Below, piece by piece: positions 18,468 through 27,631 of a stretch of DNA of 64,000 bases (position 1 is its first letter; each line of letters starts with the position of its first letter). The notes beneath the pieces are model-generated. The model did no database searches. It had not been told where the DNA came from and saw only the letters and a program-made list of their open reading frames with translations. The position numbers were made by a program, and so were the translations under genes. The DNA is from Levilinea saccharolytica (GTDB lineage Bacteria > Chloroflexota > Anaerolineae > Anaerolineales > Anaerolineaceae): positions 1 through 64,000 of the forward strand of contig NZ_LGCM01000055.1 of the NCBI RefSeq assembly GCF_001306035.1. The letters are read 5' to 3'.

Positions 18468-19985
18468 TTACCCTATCGGGGGGGCCACAGGCTTTTTTGT
18501 CTTTACTTTCTCCTTCTCTGGGGTGTGGCTTAGGGTTGGCCAAACCTGGATTGTATGGGTCATCGTGGGTGTATTCGTGATGGTTGGGGTAAGGGTTGAC
18601 GTAATTGTCGCTGTGGCCGTAGGTGTAGCTGTGTGTGTATGTGTTGGTGTGGGCGTTGGCGTAGCAGTATTCGTGGGCGTTGGGGTGGGGGTTCCGTAGC
18701 GCAGCGCGGCCAGGGCGGCCTGGTGCGGGCGCCCGGCCTGGGCCAGGGTGAAGGCGCTCCAGCCGACGGCCAAGAGCAAGGCCAAAGCGGTCAGCCCGCC
18801 CGCCACCAGCATGGCCGCCCCCCAGCGCTGTTGAAGACGCTGCCAGGGGGTGGGCGCGGGTGGGTCCAGGCGGGCCAGCAGCCCGTGGGGGTCGGGCGGG
18901 GGATTGGGGCTTTGCCGCAGCCAGCGCGCTTTCTCGCGCGCCTCTTCCAGCTTTTGCCCGGCTTCGGCATACGCCGCCCCGGCGCGTTCCTGCAGCTGCA
19001 CCTGTTCCAGCAGCTGGCGCACAGCCTCATTTTCGGGCTGGATGTCAGCGGCTTCTTCCAGATAAGGTCGGGCGGCGATGGGATCATGCCCGGCCAATGC
19101 CTGGCGCGCGCGGTTGAGAGCCTCATCAAACGAGCGCTGTTCCGTGGAAGCCAGGGCAGCGCGTAGGGCGCGCGCAAACTCCAGACAGGAGGCATAGCGC
19201 GCAGCGGGGTCTTTCTCTAAACCGCGCAGCACAACCTGTTCAATCTCATGGGTGACCCGCGGATGCAGGCTGCCTGGGCGGGGCGGGGCTTCACGTACGT
19301 GCTTGAGATAAATTTCCAGGGCGTTGCTGCCCTGAAAGGGGGGCGTGCCGGTGAGCAGCTCGTAGGTCATCACCGCCAGCGAATACTGGTCAGAGGTGGA
19401 GCGGGCGCCCTTGCCTTCGGCCTGCTCGGGGGAGATATAGAGGGGGGTACCTGTCAGCTCGGCGGATTGGGTGTCGGTGGATTTCTCCACCGCACGCAGC
19501 ACCCCGAAATCCGCCAGGCGCGCCCGGGCACCTGGCTGGTCTAAAGGAGCCGAAAGGAGCACATTGGCGGGTTTGACATCCCCATGGACGATACCCTGGC
19601 TGTGGGCGTAATCCAGCGCTTCGGCTACCTCACCGATCAAGGAGCCGATGAGGCGCAGGTTTAAGAGACCGTGATCGCGCACCCACGAAGCCAGGTCGCC
19701 GCCGGGCATGAATTCCATCACCATGAACAGACGACTTTCAAATTCATCCAGGTCGTTGACTGGCACAATGCCGGGGTGGCGCAGGCGGGCGACGGTACGG
19801 GCCTCCTGGATGAAGCGCTCCACCGATGCAGGATCGCCAAACAAGGCCGGGTTGAGGAGCTTGATGGCGACAGTTTTCTTGAGTGAAATTTCCTCTGCCT
19901 TATAGACCACAGCAGCGGCGCCGCGGCCAATTTCCCCTAAGATGCGGTAACCGCTGAATTGAATGTCAGGTTTCTCTAAGCTCAT
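18468..19985 (-). CDS. Ser/Thr protein kinase with TPR-like region, TM helix and Thr/Pro-rich C-terminal tail
   Basis: GRGAAAVVYKAEE, HGDVKPANVLL, DFGVLR. Hydrophobic AAMLVAGGLTALALLLAVGW. C-terminal TPTPTPTNTATPTPTPTHTHTATPT repeat. Confidence 0.85.
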   Translation of the reverse strand: MSLEKPDIQFSGYRILGEIGRGAAAVVYKAEEISLKKTVAIKLLNPALFGDPASVERFIQEARTVARLRHPGIVPVNDLDEFESRLFMVMEFMPGGDLASWVRDHGLLNLRLIGSLIGEVAEALDYAHSQGIVHGDVKPANVLLSAPLDQPGARARLADFGVLRAVEKSTDTQSAELTGTPLYISPEQAEGKGARSTSDQYSLAVMTYELLTGTPPFQGSNALEIYLKHVREAPPRPGSLHPRVTHEIEQVVLRGLEKDPAARYASCLEFARALRAALASTEQRSFDEALNRARQALAGHDPIAARPYLEEAADIQPENEAVRQLLEQVQLQERAGAAYAEAGQKLEEAREKARWLRQSPNPPPDPHGLLARLDPPAPTPWQRLQQRWGAAMLVAGGLTALALLLAVGWSAFTLAQAGRPHQAALAALRYGTPTPTPTNTATPTPTPTHTHTATPTATATITSTLTPTITNTPTMTHTIQVWPTLSHTPEKEKVKTKKPVAPPIG

Positions 19986-19988
19986 GGT

Positions 19989-21221
19989 TTACCCCCTGGC
20001 CGTCAGCAGCAGAAAGGTGAAGTACAACAGCAGCCCACCCGCCCCAAAGCCCAACACCAGCCCCACCAGACCCTGGCGAAGGACCTCACGGGGAGGGAGC
20101 TGCCGGCGAGGGGCAGGACGCAGCCCCAGGGTCGGAAAAAGACCCAGGGGATCGGGATAGTTTGGGATTTTTTCCAGGGTGACCTGCCCTTTTTGACAGG
20201 CCGCCTCCCAGGCGCGCAGGCAGGTCTCGTAGACCTCGGCATTTTGGCGAGCCTCTTCCAGCCGGGCCAGCAGGGTCTGCATATCGGGGCGGCCCTGCAC
20301 CAGGGTGCGCGCCGCGGAGAGCTGTTCCAGGGCCTGGCTGAACTTGTTCTCACCCAAAAGCGTTTCGGCCTGGCTCAACAGGGCGCGGGCCTGGCGGACC
20401 TTTCCGGTATCCCAGGCGGCAGCCAGAGCGCGGGCAAATTCACCGCAGGAGGGGAAGCGCGCCGCCGGTGATTTGGAGAGCGCCCTGGCCAGCACCTCGT
20501 CCACTTCGGCGGGCAGATGTGGATTGAGCGTGGAGGCGGAAGGCGGCGCCTGGGTGACATGCAGCAGGGCCAGAGCGGTGGAGTTATCCGCCGCGAAAGG
20601 GAGCTGCCCCGAAAGCAGTTCAAAAGCCACCACAGCCAGTGAGTATTGATCGGCGCGCCCGTCCAGGTTGGGCATGGCTTGGGCCTGCTCAGGTGAAACA
20701 TACGCCGCGGTACCCACCATTCCGCCAATTTGGGTGAGATGCGGCTCACCGGGCATGCGCACCAGACCAAAGTCGCTGAGGCAGTATCCCCCCTCCTGGT
20801 TAATCAAGATGTTCGAGGTTTTGACATCACGATGGATGATTTTCTGTTCGTGGGCGTAATCCAGAGCGCTGGCGATCTGTTGGACAGCACGCAGCGCTTC
20901 TTCTGTCTCCAGAGGGCCGTTGATTTTGAGCTGCGTGCGCAGATCACGCAGTGGGAAATAATCCATCACCAGAGCTACCCGGTCACCCTCTTCCATCAGG
21001 CGGTGGACTTTGACGATATGGGGATGATCCAAGTTGGAAGCGGCCATGCCGTCCAGGCGGAAACGTTCACGCGTGACCGGATCGGAGGCGAAGATGGGCA
21101 GGAGCACTTTAACGGCTGCATCGGTGTGCAGGGTCAGGTGGCGGGCATGGTAGACCGTTGCAAACCCGCCCGATCCGATTTCTTCCAGAAGTTCGTATTT
21201 GCCAATGGTATTGTCCGGCAT
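19989..21221 (-). CDS. Ser/Thr protein kinase with C-terminal TM anchor
   Basis: GSGGFATVYHARH, HRDVKTSNILIN, DFGLVR. C-terminal LVGLVLGFGAGGLLLYFTFLLL. 3-nt gap to the downstream kinase. Confidence 0.85.
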   Translation of the reverse strand: MPDNTIGKYELLEEIGSGGFATVYHARHLTLHTDAAVKVLLPIFASDPVTRERFRLDGMAASNLDHPHIVKVHRLMEEGDRVALVMDYFPLRDLRTQLKINGPLETEEALRAVQQIASALDYAHEQKIIHRDVKTSNILINQEGGYCLSDFGLVRMPGEPHLTQIGGMVGTAAYVSPEQAQAMPNLDGRADQYSLAVVAFELLSGQLPFAADNSTALALLHVTQAPPSASTLNPHLPAEVDEVLARALSKSPAARFPSCGEFARALAAAWDTGKVRQARALLSQAETLLGENKFSQALEQLSAARTLVQGRPDMQTLLARLEEARQNAEVYETCLRAWEAACQKGQVTLEKIPNYPDPLGLFPTLGLRPAPRRQLPPREVLRQGLVGLVLGFGAGGLLLYFTFLLLTARG

Positions 21222-21357
21222 GATGCTTCCCCTCTGCAGATGAAGATTGACCTATTATAGCAGGGATTCGGGAGGGAACCGTGTCCCTGGACACCTGGTG
21301 ACACCTCACCCATGTATGGATGTATTGACGAGCAAAGCCGTTGCCAGGTTTAGCTCT

Positions 21358-23319
21358 TTAAGGATGGGCATCGGGGACTTCGTCCCTGTCCGCCGGCAGC
21401 GCCTTCACATGCGAGACCGCGCCCACATCCCCGTGCACGCGCACCCGGCCGATAATATCTTTCAGCAAACCTACGTGGCCAAAGATTTCCACACCGTCGT
21501 AGGGTTTGACGTTCCAGGGGAAGACTTTCTGGTTATGCCAGCGCCGGCCTTCTGAATCTACATACGAGGCGTGCACGACCAGGTCGCCGCTGGTGAGGGG
21601 GTAGAGCGGGGCTTCAATTTCCACCGGCACGCCAACGGGTAAACGTTCTGCCTGTAAATGGATGCGCACCTGCAGATTGCCCGCGATGCGAAAGAGGACG
21701 TTGTGGGCGGCCGAATTTCCGCGGTTGACGACTTCAAACACGGCGGTGTAGCTGCGGTCGGAGTCACAATTTTCGGGCAGATTGACTTTGCTGAAGGTCA
21801 GGTAGGGAGCACGGCCCAACCGCTGGGCCTCGGCGCGGCAGCGGTCGGCTTGCGCCTGATCACAGGATTCTTCATACCAATCGGAAGCGCGCAGATACAT
21901 GCGCACCATCAGTTCCTGAGATGGATGGCCCGCGAGGGCGTAGTTTTCTCCGGCGCGCTGAAATTCTTGGGCCAGGTCGCAGGCATTTTGATTGGGCAGC
22001 CGTTCACGCAAGCGGGCGCTCCATTCATAGCGCTCGCCTGCCTGCCAGTAGGACAGGGCGGAATGGAAATATTCGCGGCGCTCTCGGGGCGAGGCTGCGG
22101 TGACCGCAGCCAAAATGGAATATTCACCCGCCTTCTCCTGTTGACGATCCGCGGCGAGAAACCGTGCTGCCCAATCATAGCGCCCGCCGTGCCAGGGGAC
22201 GGCGAAGAATTCGCCCTCCTTCGACCCGGCGTAAAAAACGCCCTCGGCGAACAGCACATCGCTGATCAGGGGGCTGCCTGATGGGAGCACGCTGGACCAC
22301 ACTTCATCACCGTTGCTCAGATCCAGGGCATGCAGGCCGCCGTCATGCCCGGCGCAGACGGCCAGACCCATTCCAACTGCGATGCCGCCGGTCACCCGGC
22401 GGGGCATTTGCGGGGATCGCCAAATTTCATGCCCGCTGGACAGGTCAACGCGCCGCAGGGTGTGGTCTGCCAGAGCCAGCAGGCAGCTTCCATCCGTCAG
22501 AGGCAGCGGGGCGGCGGTGATGGAAGCACCCAGGCTGTAGGTTTTTTCCAGACGCGCGTGGTGAAGACTGACCGTCACCAAACGGCCGTCTGCCAGCGGA
22601 CAGAGCCAATGCCCCTTTCTTAAGATGGGGGGCGCGTTGAGAGCAGCGTCCAACGACAGGCTGCTTTGGGGCAGGATGCTGCCGTGATTGAAGGCGAATA
22701 AGGTGCATTCGCCCTCCCGGTTGAGCACCGCCAGGGTGGAATCTGCCCTGGCCAGCCAGCGCGCGCCGCGCGGGGCTGACACGCACCAGGCCGGGATGAT
22801 CTGCCCGCGGAGGGTATCTACGCCCAGCACCTGACCGTTTTCGCAGGCGGTAAACAGACGATTTTCTCCGGCCAGCAGCGGCGTACCCAGGACGCTGTCT
22901 GGCAGGCCAATCTGCCAGCGCAGGGACCCACTGCGCAGATCTGCGGCTTTTAGTTCCGCGCCCAGATGCGCCAGGCCGCTGCTGGCCGCGTACAGGGAGG
23001 CACCGTCGCTCACCGGGCTGCTGCGCACGCCAGCGGTGAAGGGCAGCGGTTTTTCCCAAACGGGCTGCCCGGTTTCGGCGTGCAGTGCGCTGACCCCGCC
23101 GGAAATGCGCGCGGCCCAGGAGACGTAGATGTTTCCGCCGCGGCGCAGGGCGCAGCCCTGTGCCGCCCCGTTGAGGTGGCTCAGCCACTGGGGTTGGCCG
23201 GGCTGCATCAGGGCGTTTTGCGCGCGCCGCCAGCCGCAGGTACATTCGGCCTGGCGCGGGTCGAGGTATTCGGAACATTCCGGGCAAAACAAGATCATGG
23301 CGTTTTCCAATCTGTTCAT
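21358..23319 (-). CDS. Zinc-ribbon + PQQ/BamB-like beta-propeller protein (paralog of 7460..10210)
   Basis: N-terminal CPECSEYLDPRQAECTCGW, cf. CPNNHLILNASSCAQCGW in the paralog. Propeller-like repeats (GQPVWEKPL, GSLRWQIGLPD, GHEIWRSPQ, GDEVWSSVL). Helical C-terminal half. Confidence 0.6.
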   Translation of the reverse strand: MNRLENAMILFCPECSEYLDPRQAECTCGWRRAQNALMQPGQPQWLSHLNGAAQGCALRRGGNIYVSWAARISGGVSALHAETGQPVWEKPLPFTAGVRSSPVSDGASLYAASSGLAHLGAELKAADLRSGSLRWQIGLPDSVLGTPLLAGENRLFTACENGQVLGVDTLRGQIIPAWCVSAPRGARWLARADSTLAVLNREGECTLFAFNHGSILPQSSLSLDAALNAPPILRKGHWLCPLADGRLVTVSLHHARLEKTYSLGASITAAPLPLTDGSCLLALADHTLRRVDLSSGHEIWRSPQMPRRVTGGIAVGMGLAVCAGHDGGLHALDLSNGDEVWSSVLPSGSPLISDVLFAEGVFYAGSKEGEFFAVPWHGGRYDWAARFLAADRQQEKAGEYSILAAVTAASPRERREYFHSALSYWQAGERYEWSARLRERLPNQNACDLAQEFQRAGENYALAGHPSQELMVRMYLRASDWYEESCDQAQADRCRAEAQRLGRAPYLTFSKVNLPENCDSDRSYTAVFEVVNRGNSAAHNVLFRIAGNLQVRIHLQAERLPVGVPVEIEAPLYPLTSGDLVVHASYVDSEGRRWHNQKVFPWNVKPYDGVEIFGHVGLLKDIIGRVRVHGDVGAVSHVKALPADRDEVPDAHP

Positions 23320-23503
23320 CTGTCTTATCAGCGGTGTTGCGGTCTATACGCTGTCTATCCAGAGTTTGTAGATGATTTTTACCCCTGGGGGGCAAAGCCC
23401 CCTCGCGAAGCATCCACGTCAGGGGGTTGGCCCCCCATCAGACAACCAGAACGCCCTGCGGGCGGCAGAAACCAGAGAATCAGAAACCCGTTCAAACCGT
23501 TTC

Positions 23504-25168
23504 TCAGCGGGCACAACGGAAGCCGAAATCGCCGCTGCGGTTGTCGGGATTGCCCCTGACGCGATTCGCCGTGCGGATGCCGTTCGAACCACAGTTCCAA
23601 GAGCCCCCGCGAAGCACTCGGGTTTCGCCCGAACCCGGCCCAGTGGGGTTGGAAACAGCTTCAGAAGGGTACGGTCCATACCAATCCGCCACCCATTCCC
23701 ACACGTTGCCGGCCATATCCAGCGCGCCGTAGGGGCTGGCCCCGGCGGGGTACTGCCCCACCGCGGTGGTACCCTTTTCATGATTATTAAAGTTCGCTAA
23801 TTGCCCATTGGGGGCTTGATCCCCCCAGGGGTAAATGTGCCCGTCCGTGCCGCGGGTGGCTTTCTCCCATTCGGCTTCGCTGGGCAGACGGATGGATTGG
23901 CCGGAAACCTTGGAAGCCCAGGCGCAAAAGGCGCGGGCCTCCTCCCAGCTGACTTTTACCACCGGGTGGTTCTCTTTGCCCTGAGGGATCACCCCTTTTG
24001 ACCAATGCTCAGGCGGCTTTTGGCCAGTCTGCTGAACAAAGACCTGATATTGGCGGTTGGTCACCGGGTACTTGCCGATCCAGTATTCATCCAGAATTAC
24101 ACGATGTTGCGGCTTTTCTTTAGAATATGCGGCTTTGTCTGAATCTGCTGAACCCATCTGGAACGCCCCGGCGGGGACGCGGCAGAATTCCATCACCACG
24201 CCATCGGCCAGCGGCACCACGAGGCGGTTTTCTTCCACTTTCGGCGCTGCGGGTTTGGGAGGCTGCGGGGGCGAAGCGGCAACAGGCGCTGGCAATTCAG
24301 CGGGTGTTTCCTGGGAGGGCGGGGTCTTTGCGGGTTGGCTGTCCCCGGCCCGCAGCCTCTCGGCCAGCTCCTGCCCGTCCCAGGGGCGCTGCTCGGGGTC
24401 CTTGGCCAGCATGACCGCCAGGAGCTCATCCAGCCAGGCGGGGGTATCGGGGCGCAGACTGCGGGCAGGCGTGCCGGGGCGCAGGCCGCGGTAGCTGCGT
24501 CCGCAGAGCAGCTCAAACAGGATCAACCCCAGGGTGTAGACGTCGGAGGCGGGGGGCAAGTAGGCGAAGGAGGTTTCCTGCTCGGGGCTCATGTAGGCGG
24601 GGGTGCCGGGATGGTGCTCGACCACGCTCAGACGGGAGCGCATGGAGGCGCCGCTGGGGATTTGGGCCAGGCCCAGGTCAGCGATTTTGGCGGAGCCGTC
24701 GGCGCCGAAGAGGATATTGCTGGGTTTGAGATCGCGGTGCACCACCTCGCGCTGATGAAGGACCGCCAGGCCCGCGGCCACCTCCCGCGCTGTGCGCGTG
24801 ATTTCAGCCAGGGGAATTGGCTGACCGCATTCGCGGGCCGAGTTAATGCGCTTTTGCAGGCTGCCGCCGGGAGCAAATTCCATGGCGAGAAGCATCTCCC
24901 CCTCGGCGTCGTCAAAGTCAAACACCTGGATGAGGTGGGGGTGATTGACTTGCGCCCCGAGCTGAGATTCCAGTTGGAAGCGAGCACGGCCCTCGGCGTA
25001 CAGGCTGGAGCCGATCCCCTCGGCGTCCCGGCGCAGGACTTTGAGCGCGCGGCGGACATTCAGGTGGTTGTGCACGGCCAGGTAGACCTCACCGAAGGCG
25101 CCCTGACCGAGCAGGCGTTCGATGCGGTACTTATCGAGGAGGATGTCATTGGGTTGGTAGCTGGGCAT
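23504..25168 (-). CDS. Ser/Thr protein kinase fused to C-terminal FGE-sulfatase-like domain
   Basis: MPSYQPNDILLDKYRIERLLGQGAFGEVYLA, HRDLKPSNILFG, DLGLAQ. FGE-like YWIGKYPVTNRQYQVFV...NVWEWVADWY...RVLRGGSWN...GFRCAR. The track ORF extension to 25570 overlaps rpsT on the other strand and is spurious. Confidence 0.85.
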   Translation of the reverse strand: MPSYQPNDILLDKYRIERLLGQGAFGEVYLAVHNHLNVRRALKVLRRDAEGIGSSLYAEGRARFQLESQLGAQVNHPHLIQVFDFDDAEGEMLLAMEFAPGGSLQKRINSARECGQPIPLAEITRTAREVAAGLAVLHQREVVHRDLKPSNILFGADGSAKIADLGLAQIPSGASMRSRLSVVEHHPGTPAYMSPEQETSFAYLPPASDVYTLGLILFELLCGRSYRGLRPGTPARSLRPDTPAWLDELLAVMLAKDPEQRPWDGQELAERLRAGDSQPAKTPPSQETPAELPAPVAASPPQPPKPAAPKVEENRLVVPLADGVVMEFCRVPAGAFQMGSADSDKAAYSKEKPQHRVILDEYWIGKYPVTNRQYQVFVQQTGQKPPEHWSKGVIPQGKENHPVVKVSWEEARAFCAWASKVSGQSIRLPSEAEWEKATRGTDGHIYPWGDQAPNGQLANFNNHEKGTTAVGQYPAGASPYGALDMAGNVWEWVADWYGPYPSEAVSNPTGPGSGETRVLRGGSWNCGSNGIRTANRVRGNPDNRSGDFGFRCAR

Positions 25169-25366
25169 GCGGGTCCCCCTGGGGCGAGATGATACCTGTA
25201 TTGTACATGCAATCGGCAGGATGCGTGCTGCTGGATCGGAAGCAATATTTGTTGAATCGCGGCGGGGGCAATTTTTGCTGGGGGCGGGGCGAATACTGGA
25301 CAAAAACGCATCTGTCGGGTAAAATCCAGTGTTGCAATCGTTAAGAAGATTCAATCGGAGGAAGCT

Positions 25367-25633
25367 TTGGCTAACATCAAGTCGCAAATTAAGCGCAACA
25401 AGCAGAACGAAAAACGACGCGTGCGCAATCGTGTTTTCCGGGGTAAGGCTCGTACCTTTGTCGGTAAGGCTCGCCTGGCGATCAACACTGGTGATCAGGA
25501 CAACGCCGCTGAGGCTGTCCGTGTGGCCGTGAGCGCGCTGGATAAGGCCGCGGAAAAGGGCATTATCCACAAGAATAACGCCGCACGCCGGAAAAGCCGG
25601 TTAATGAAGCGTTTGGCTGAGCTGCAAAGCTAA
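25367..25633 (+). CDS. rpsT: 30S ribosomal protein S20
   Basis: [31 protein letters not shown]...[17 protein letters not shown] is canonical bS20. TTG start preceded by ggaggaag. Confidence 0.95.
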   Translation: MANIKSQIKRNKQNEKRRVRNRVFRGKARTFVGKARLAINTGDQDNAAEAVRVAVSALDKAAEKGIIHKNNAARRKSRLMKRLAELQS

Positions 25634-25682
25634 GCCTGAAAGTTTCTCCCGGACGATTCGGGATCCATCAAGCATACCGGCA

Positions 25683-25710
25683 GCGGGAGTTTACCTACTC
25701 CCGCTTTTGC
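25683..25710 (+). terminator. Rho-independent terminator after rpsT
   Basis: gcgggagtttacctactcccgc followed by ttttgc. Confidence 0.6.
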
Positions 25711-25741
25711 ATTTCCACCCAGTTGATCGAACGAGACGCGC

Positions 25742-27505
25742 ATGTTTGAAGCAGAACAAGAACGAATTGGCGAACAGATCCGCACTTACTGCCAGACCCA
25801 GGGGCTGACTCTGGAAGCGGTTCAATGGAACTGGATTCCCTTCAGCGGGCATTGGGGGATTTCGCTGCCGTTTTTCCCCATCGCCGCCCAGGAATCGCGC
25901 CAGGGGCAGAAGATTAACGTGGGGGCGCGGGCGCAGGAGCTGGCCGAAGGGGCCGCGGCCCATTTGGGGCTGCCGGCGGGCTTTGAGCGGGTGGAAGCGG
26001 TGCGCGGCTATTTGAACCTGTATTTTGACAGCGGGGCCTACGCGCGGCGCGTGCTGGAGCATGTGCGCCAGGAGCAAGAGCGCTTTGGCAGCGGCGCGGC
26101 GCGCGGCGAGCAGGTGATGGTGGAATTTTCGCAGCCCAACACCCACAAGGCTTTCCATGTGGGCCATCTGCGCTCGGCCATCCTGGGCGACACCCTGGCA
26201 CGCATCCTGGAATTCGCGGGCTACGCGGTCATCCGCGCCAATTACCCCGGCGATATGGGCCTGCATGTGATCAAATGGCTGTGGAATTACCAAAAATTCC
26301 ATAAGGGCGAGAAGCCGCAAAAGGACATCACCCAGTGGATGGGCCAACTGTACGCCGAGGCCAGCCGCCGCCTGGAAGAAAACCCCGATCTGGAAGCCGA
26401 GGTGCGGGCGCTGTATCAGGCCTGGGACCGACGCGAGCCGGAGATCGTTGCCCTGTGGGAAGAAACCCGCCAATGGTCGCTGGAAGGCTTTCACCAGATG
26501 TACGATCTGCTGGACATCCGCTTTGACCGTTACTACTTTAACAGTCAGGCGGAGCAGCCCGGCAAGGTGATGGTGCAGGATTTGATTGAACGCGGCATCG
26601 CGCAGGATGAACGCCCCGACGGCGCGGTGATTGTGAAACTGGATGAGCTGCTGGGCCTGAAGAACGAAAAGTACCGCGTGATGGTGGTGCTGCGCTCTGA
26701 CGGCACGGCCCTGTACGCCACGGAAGACCTGGCCCTGGCCAAGATCAAATTTGAAGAATACCCCCAGCTGGCGCGCTCGCTGTATGTGGTGGATGTGCGC
26801 CAGTCGCTGCATTTTCAGCAGGTGTTTAAGACGCTGGAACTGGCCGGGTATGATTGGGCAGAGCGCTGCCAGCATATCCCCTATGAGCTGGTGAGCCTGC
26901 CGGGGAATGTGGTGATGGCCTCGCGCGAGGGCACGGTGGTGCTGCTGGAAGATCTGATCCGCGAGGCGACGGAGCGCGCGCTGCAGGTGGTTTCAGATAA
27001 GAACCCCGATTTGAGCGCGGAGCAAAAGCTGGAAGTGGCCAAAGCGGTGGGCATTGGGGCGATTAAGTATCCCATGCTGGCGCGTGAGAACGCCAAGACG
27101 GTCACCTTTGATTGGCAGGCGGCTTTGGATTTCAACGGCCAGGCCTCGCCGTACATTCAATACGCGCATGTGCGCGCCAACAGCATTCTGCGTAAGCTAG
27201 GCGGGGATCTGCCCGAATTGACCGAACCGCAGCATGAGCTGGCCCCGGCCGAGGTGGAGCTGATTGAGCTGATTTCGCGCTTCCCCAAAGAGGTGCAGCG
27301 GGCGGCGGCGGAGCTGCGGCCTTTGTGCCTGGCCTCGCTGGGCTACGATCTGGCGCGTTCCTTCAGCGATTTTTACAACCAGTGCCCGGTGATTTCGGCG
27401 GAACCGGCGGTGCGCGCCTTCCGCGTGCATCTGGTGGCGGCGGCCAAGCAGGCTATGGCCAACTGCCTGAACATTCTGGGCATTCGCGCACCCGAAGTGA
27501 TGTAG
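25742..27505 (+). CDS. argS: Arginine--tRNA ligase
   Basis: Class I HIGH motif PNTHKAFHVGHLRSAILGD. Length 587 aa with characteristic ArgRS anticodon-binding C-terminus. Confidence 0.95.
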   Translation: MFEAEQERIGEQIRTYCQTQGLTLEAVQWNWIPFSGHWGISLPFFPIAAQESRQGQKINVGARAQELAEGAAAHLGLPAGFERVEAVRGYLNLYFDSGAYARRVLEHVRQEQERFGSGAARGEQVMVEFSQPNTHKAFHVGHLRSAILGDTLARILEFAGYAVIRANYPGDMGLHVIKWLWNYQKFHKGEKPQKDITQWMGQLYAEASRRLEENPDLEAEVRALYQAWDRREPEIVALWEETRQWSLEGFHQMYDLLDIRFDRYYFNSQAEQPGKVMVQDLIERGIAQDERPDGAVIVKLDELLGLKNEKYRVMVVLRSDGTALYATEDLALAKIKFEEYPQLARSLYVVDVRQSLHFQQVFKTLELAGYDWAERCQHIPYELVSLPGNVVMASREGTVVLLEDLIREATERALQVVSDKNPDLSAEQKLEVAKAVGIGAIKYPMLARENAKTVTFDWQAALDFNGQASPYIQYAHVRANSILRKLGGDLPELTEPQHELAPAEVELIELISRFPKEVQRAAAELRPLCLASLGYDLARSFSDFYNQCPVISAEPAVRAFRVHLVAAAKQAMANCLNILGIRAPEVM

Positions 27506-27514
27506 TTCGTTCCA

Positions 27515-27545
27515 GGGCTTCCCATATTGGGAAGCCTTGTTTCGG
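27515..27545 (+). terminator. Rho-independent terminator after argS
   Basis: gggcttcccatattgggaagcc hairpin followed by ttgtttcgg. Confidence 0.6.
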
Positions 27546-27631
27546 AATAGCAGTGGCAGGATCCTCATGTGCCTTTTTGGGCTGGAGTGAATCGTATCAA
27601 ACCATCAGACACCAAAAGGAGAAATGCAAGC

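Noticed and set aside
22445-23413. 322-aa Arg/Pro/Gly-rich ORF and similar ORFs (16502..17224, 17157..18143, 17702..18355, 24335..25192, 25691..26875, 27605..28609, 29515..30348, 31488..31907, 34746..35768, 36311..37522, 38517..39428, 39450..40682, 42647..44038, 46588..47118, 47634..48977, 53112..54917)
   Set aside because: They lie antisense or off-frame within clearly identified GC-rich genes (kinases, argS, obg, hsdM/R, lysA, rsgA, helicase, nrdJ). Their Arg/Pro/Gly/Ala composition is the expected artefact of high GC content, and they have no motifs.
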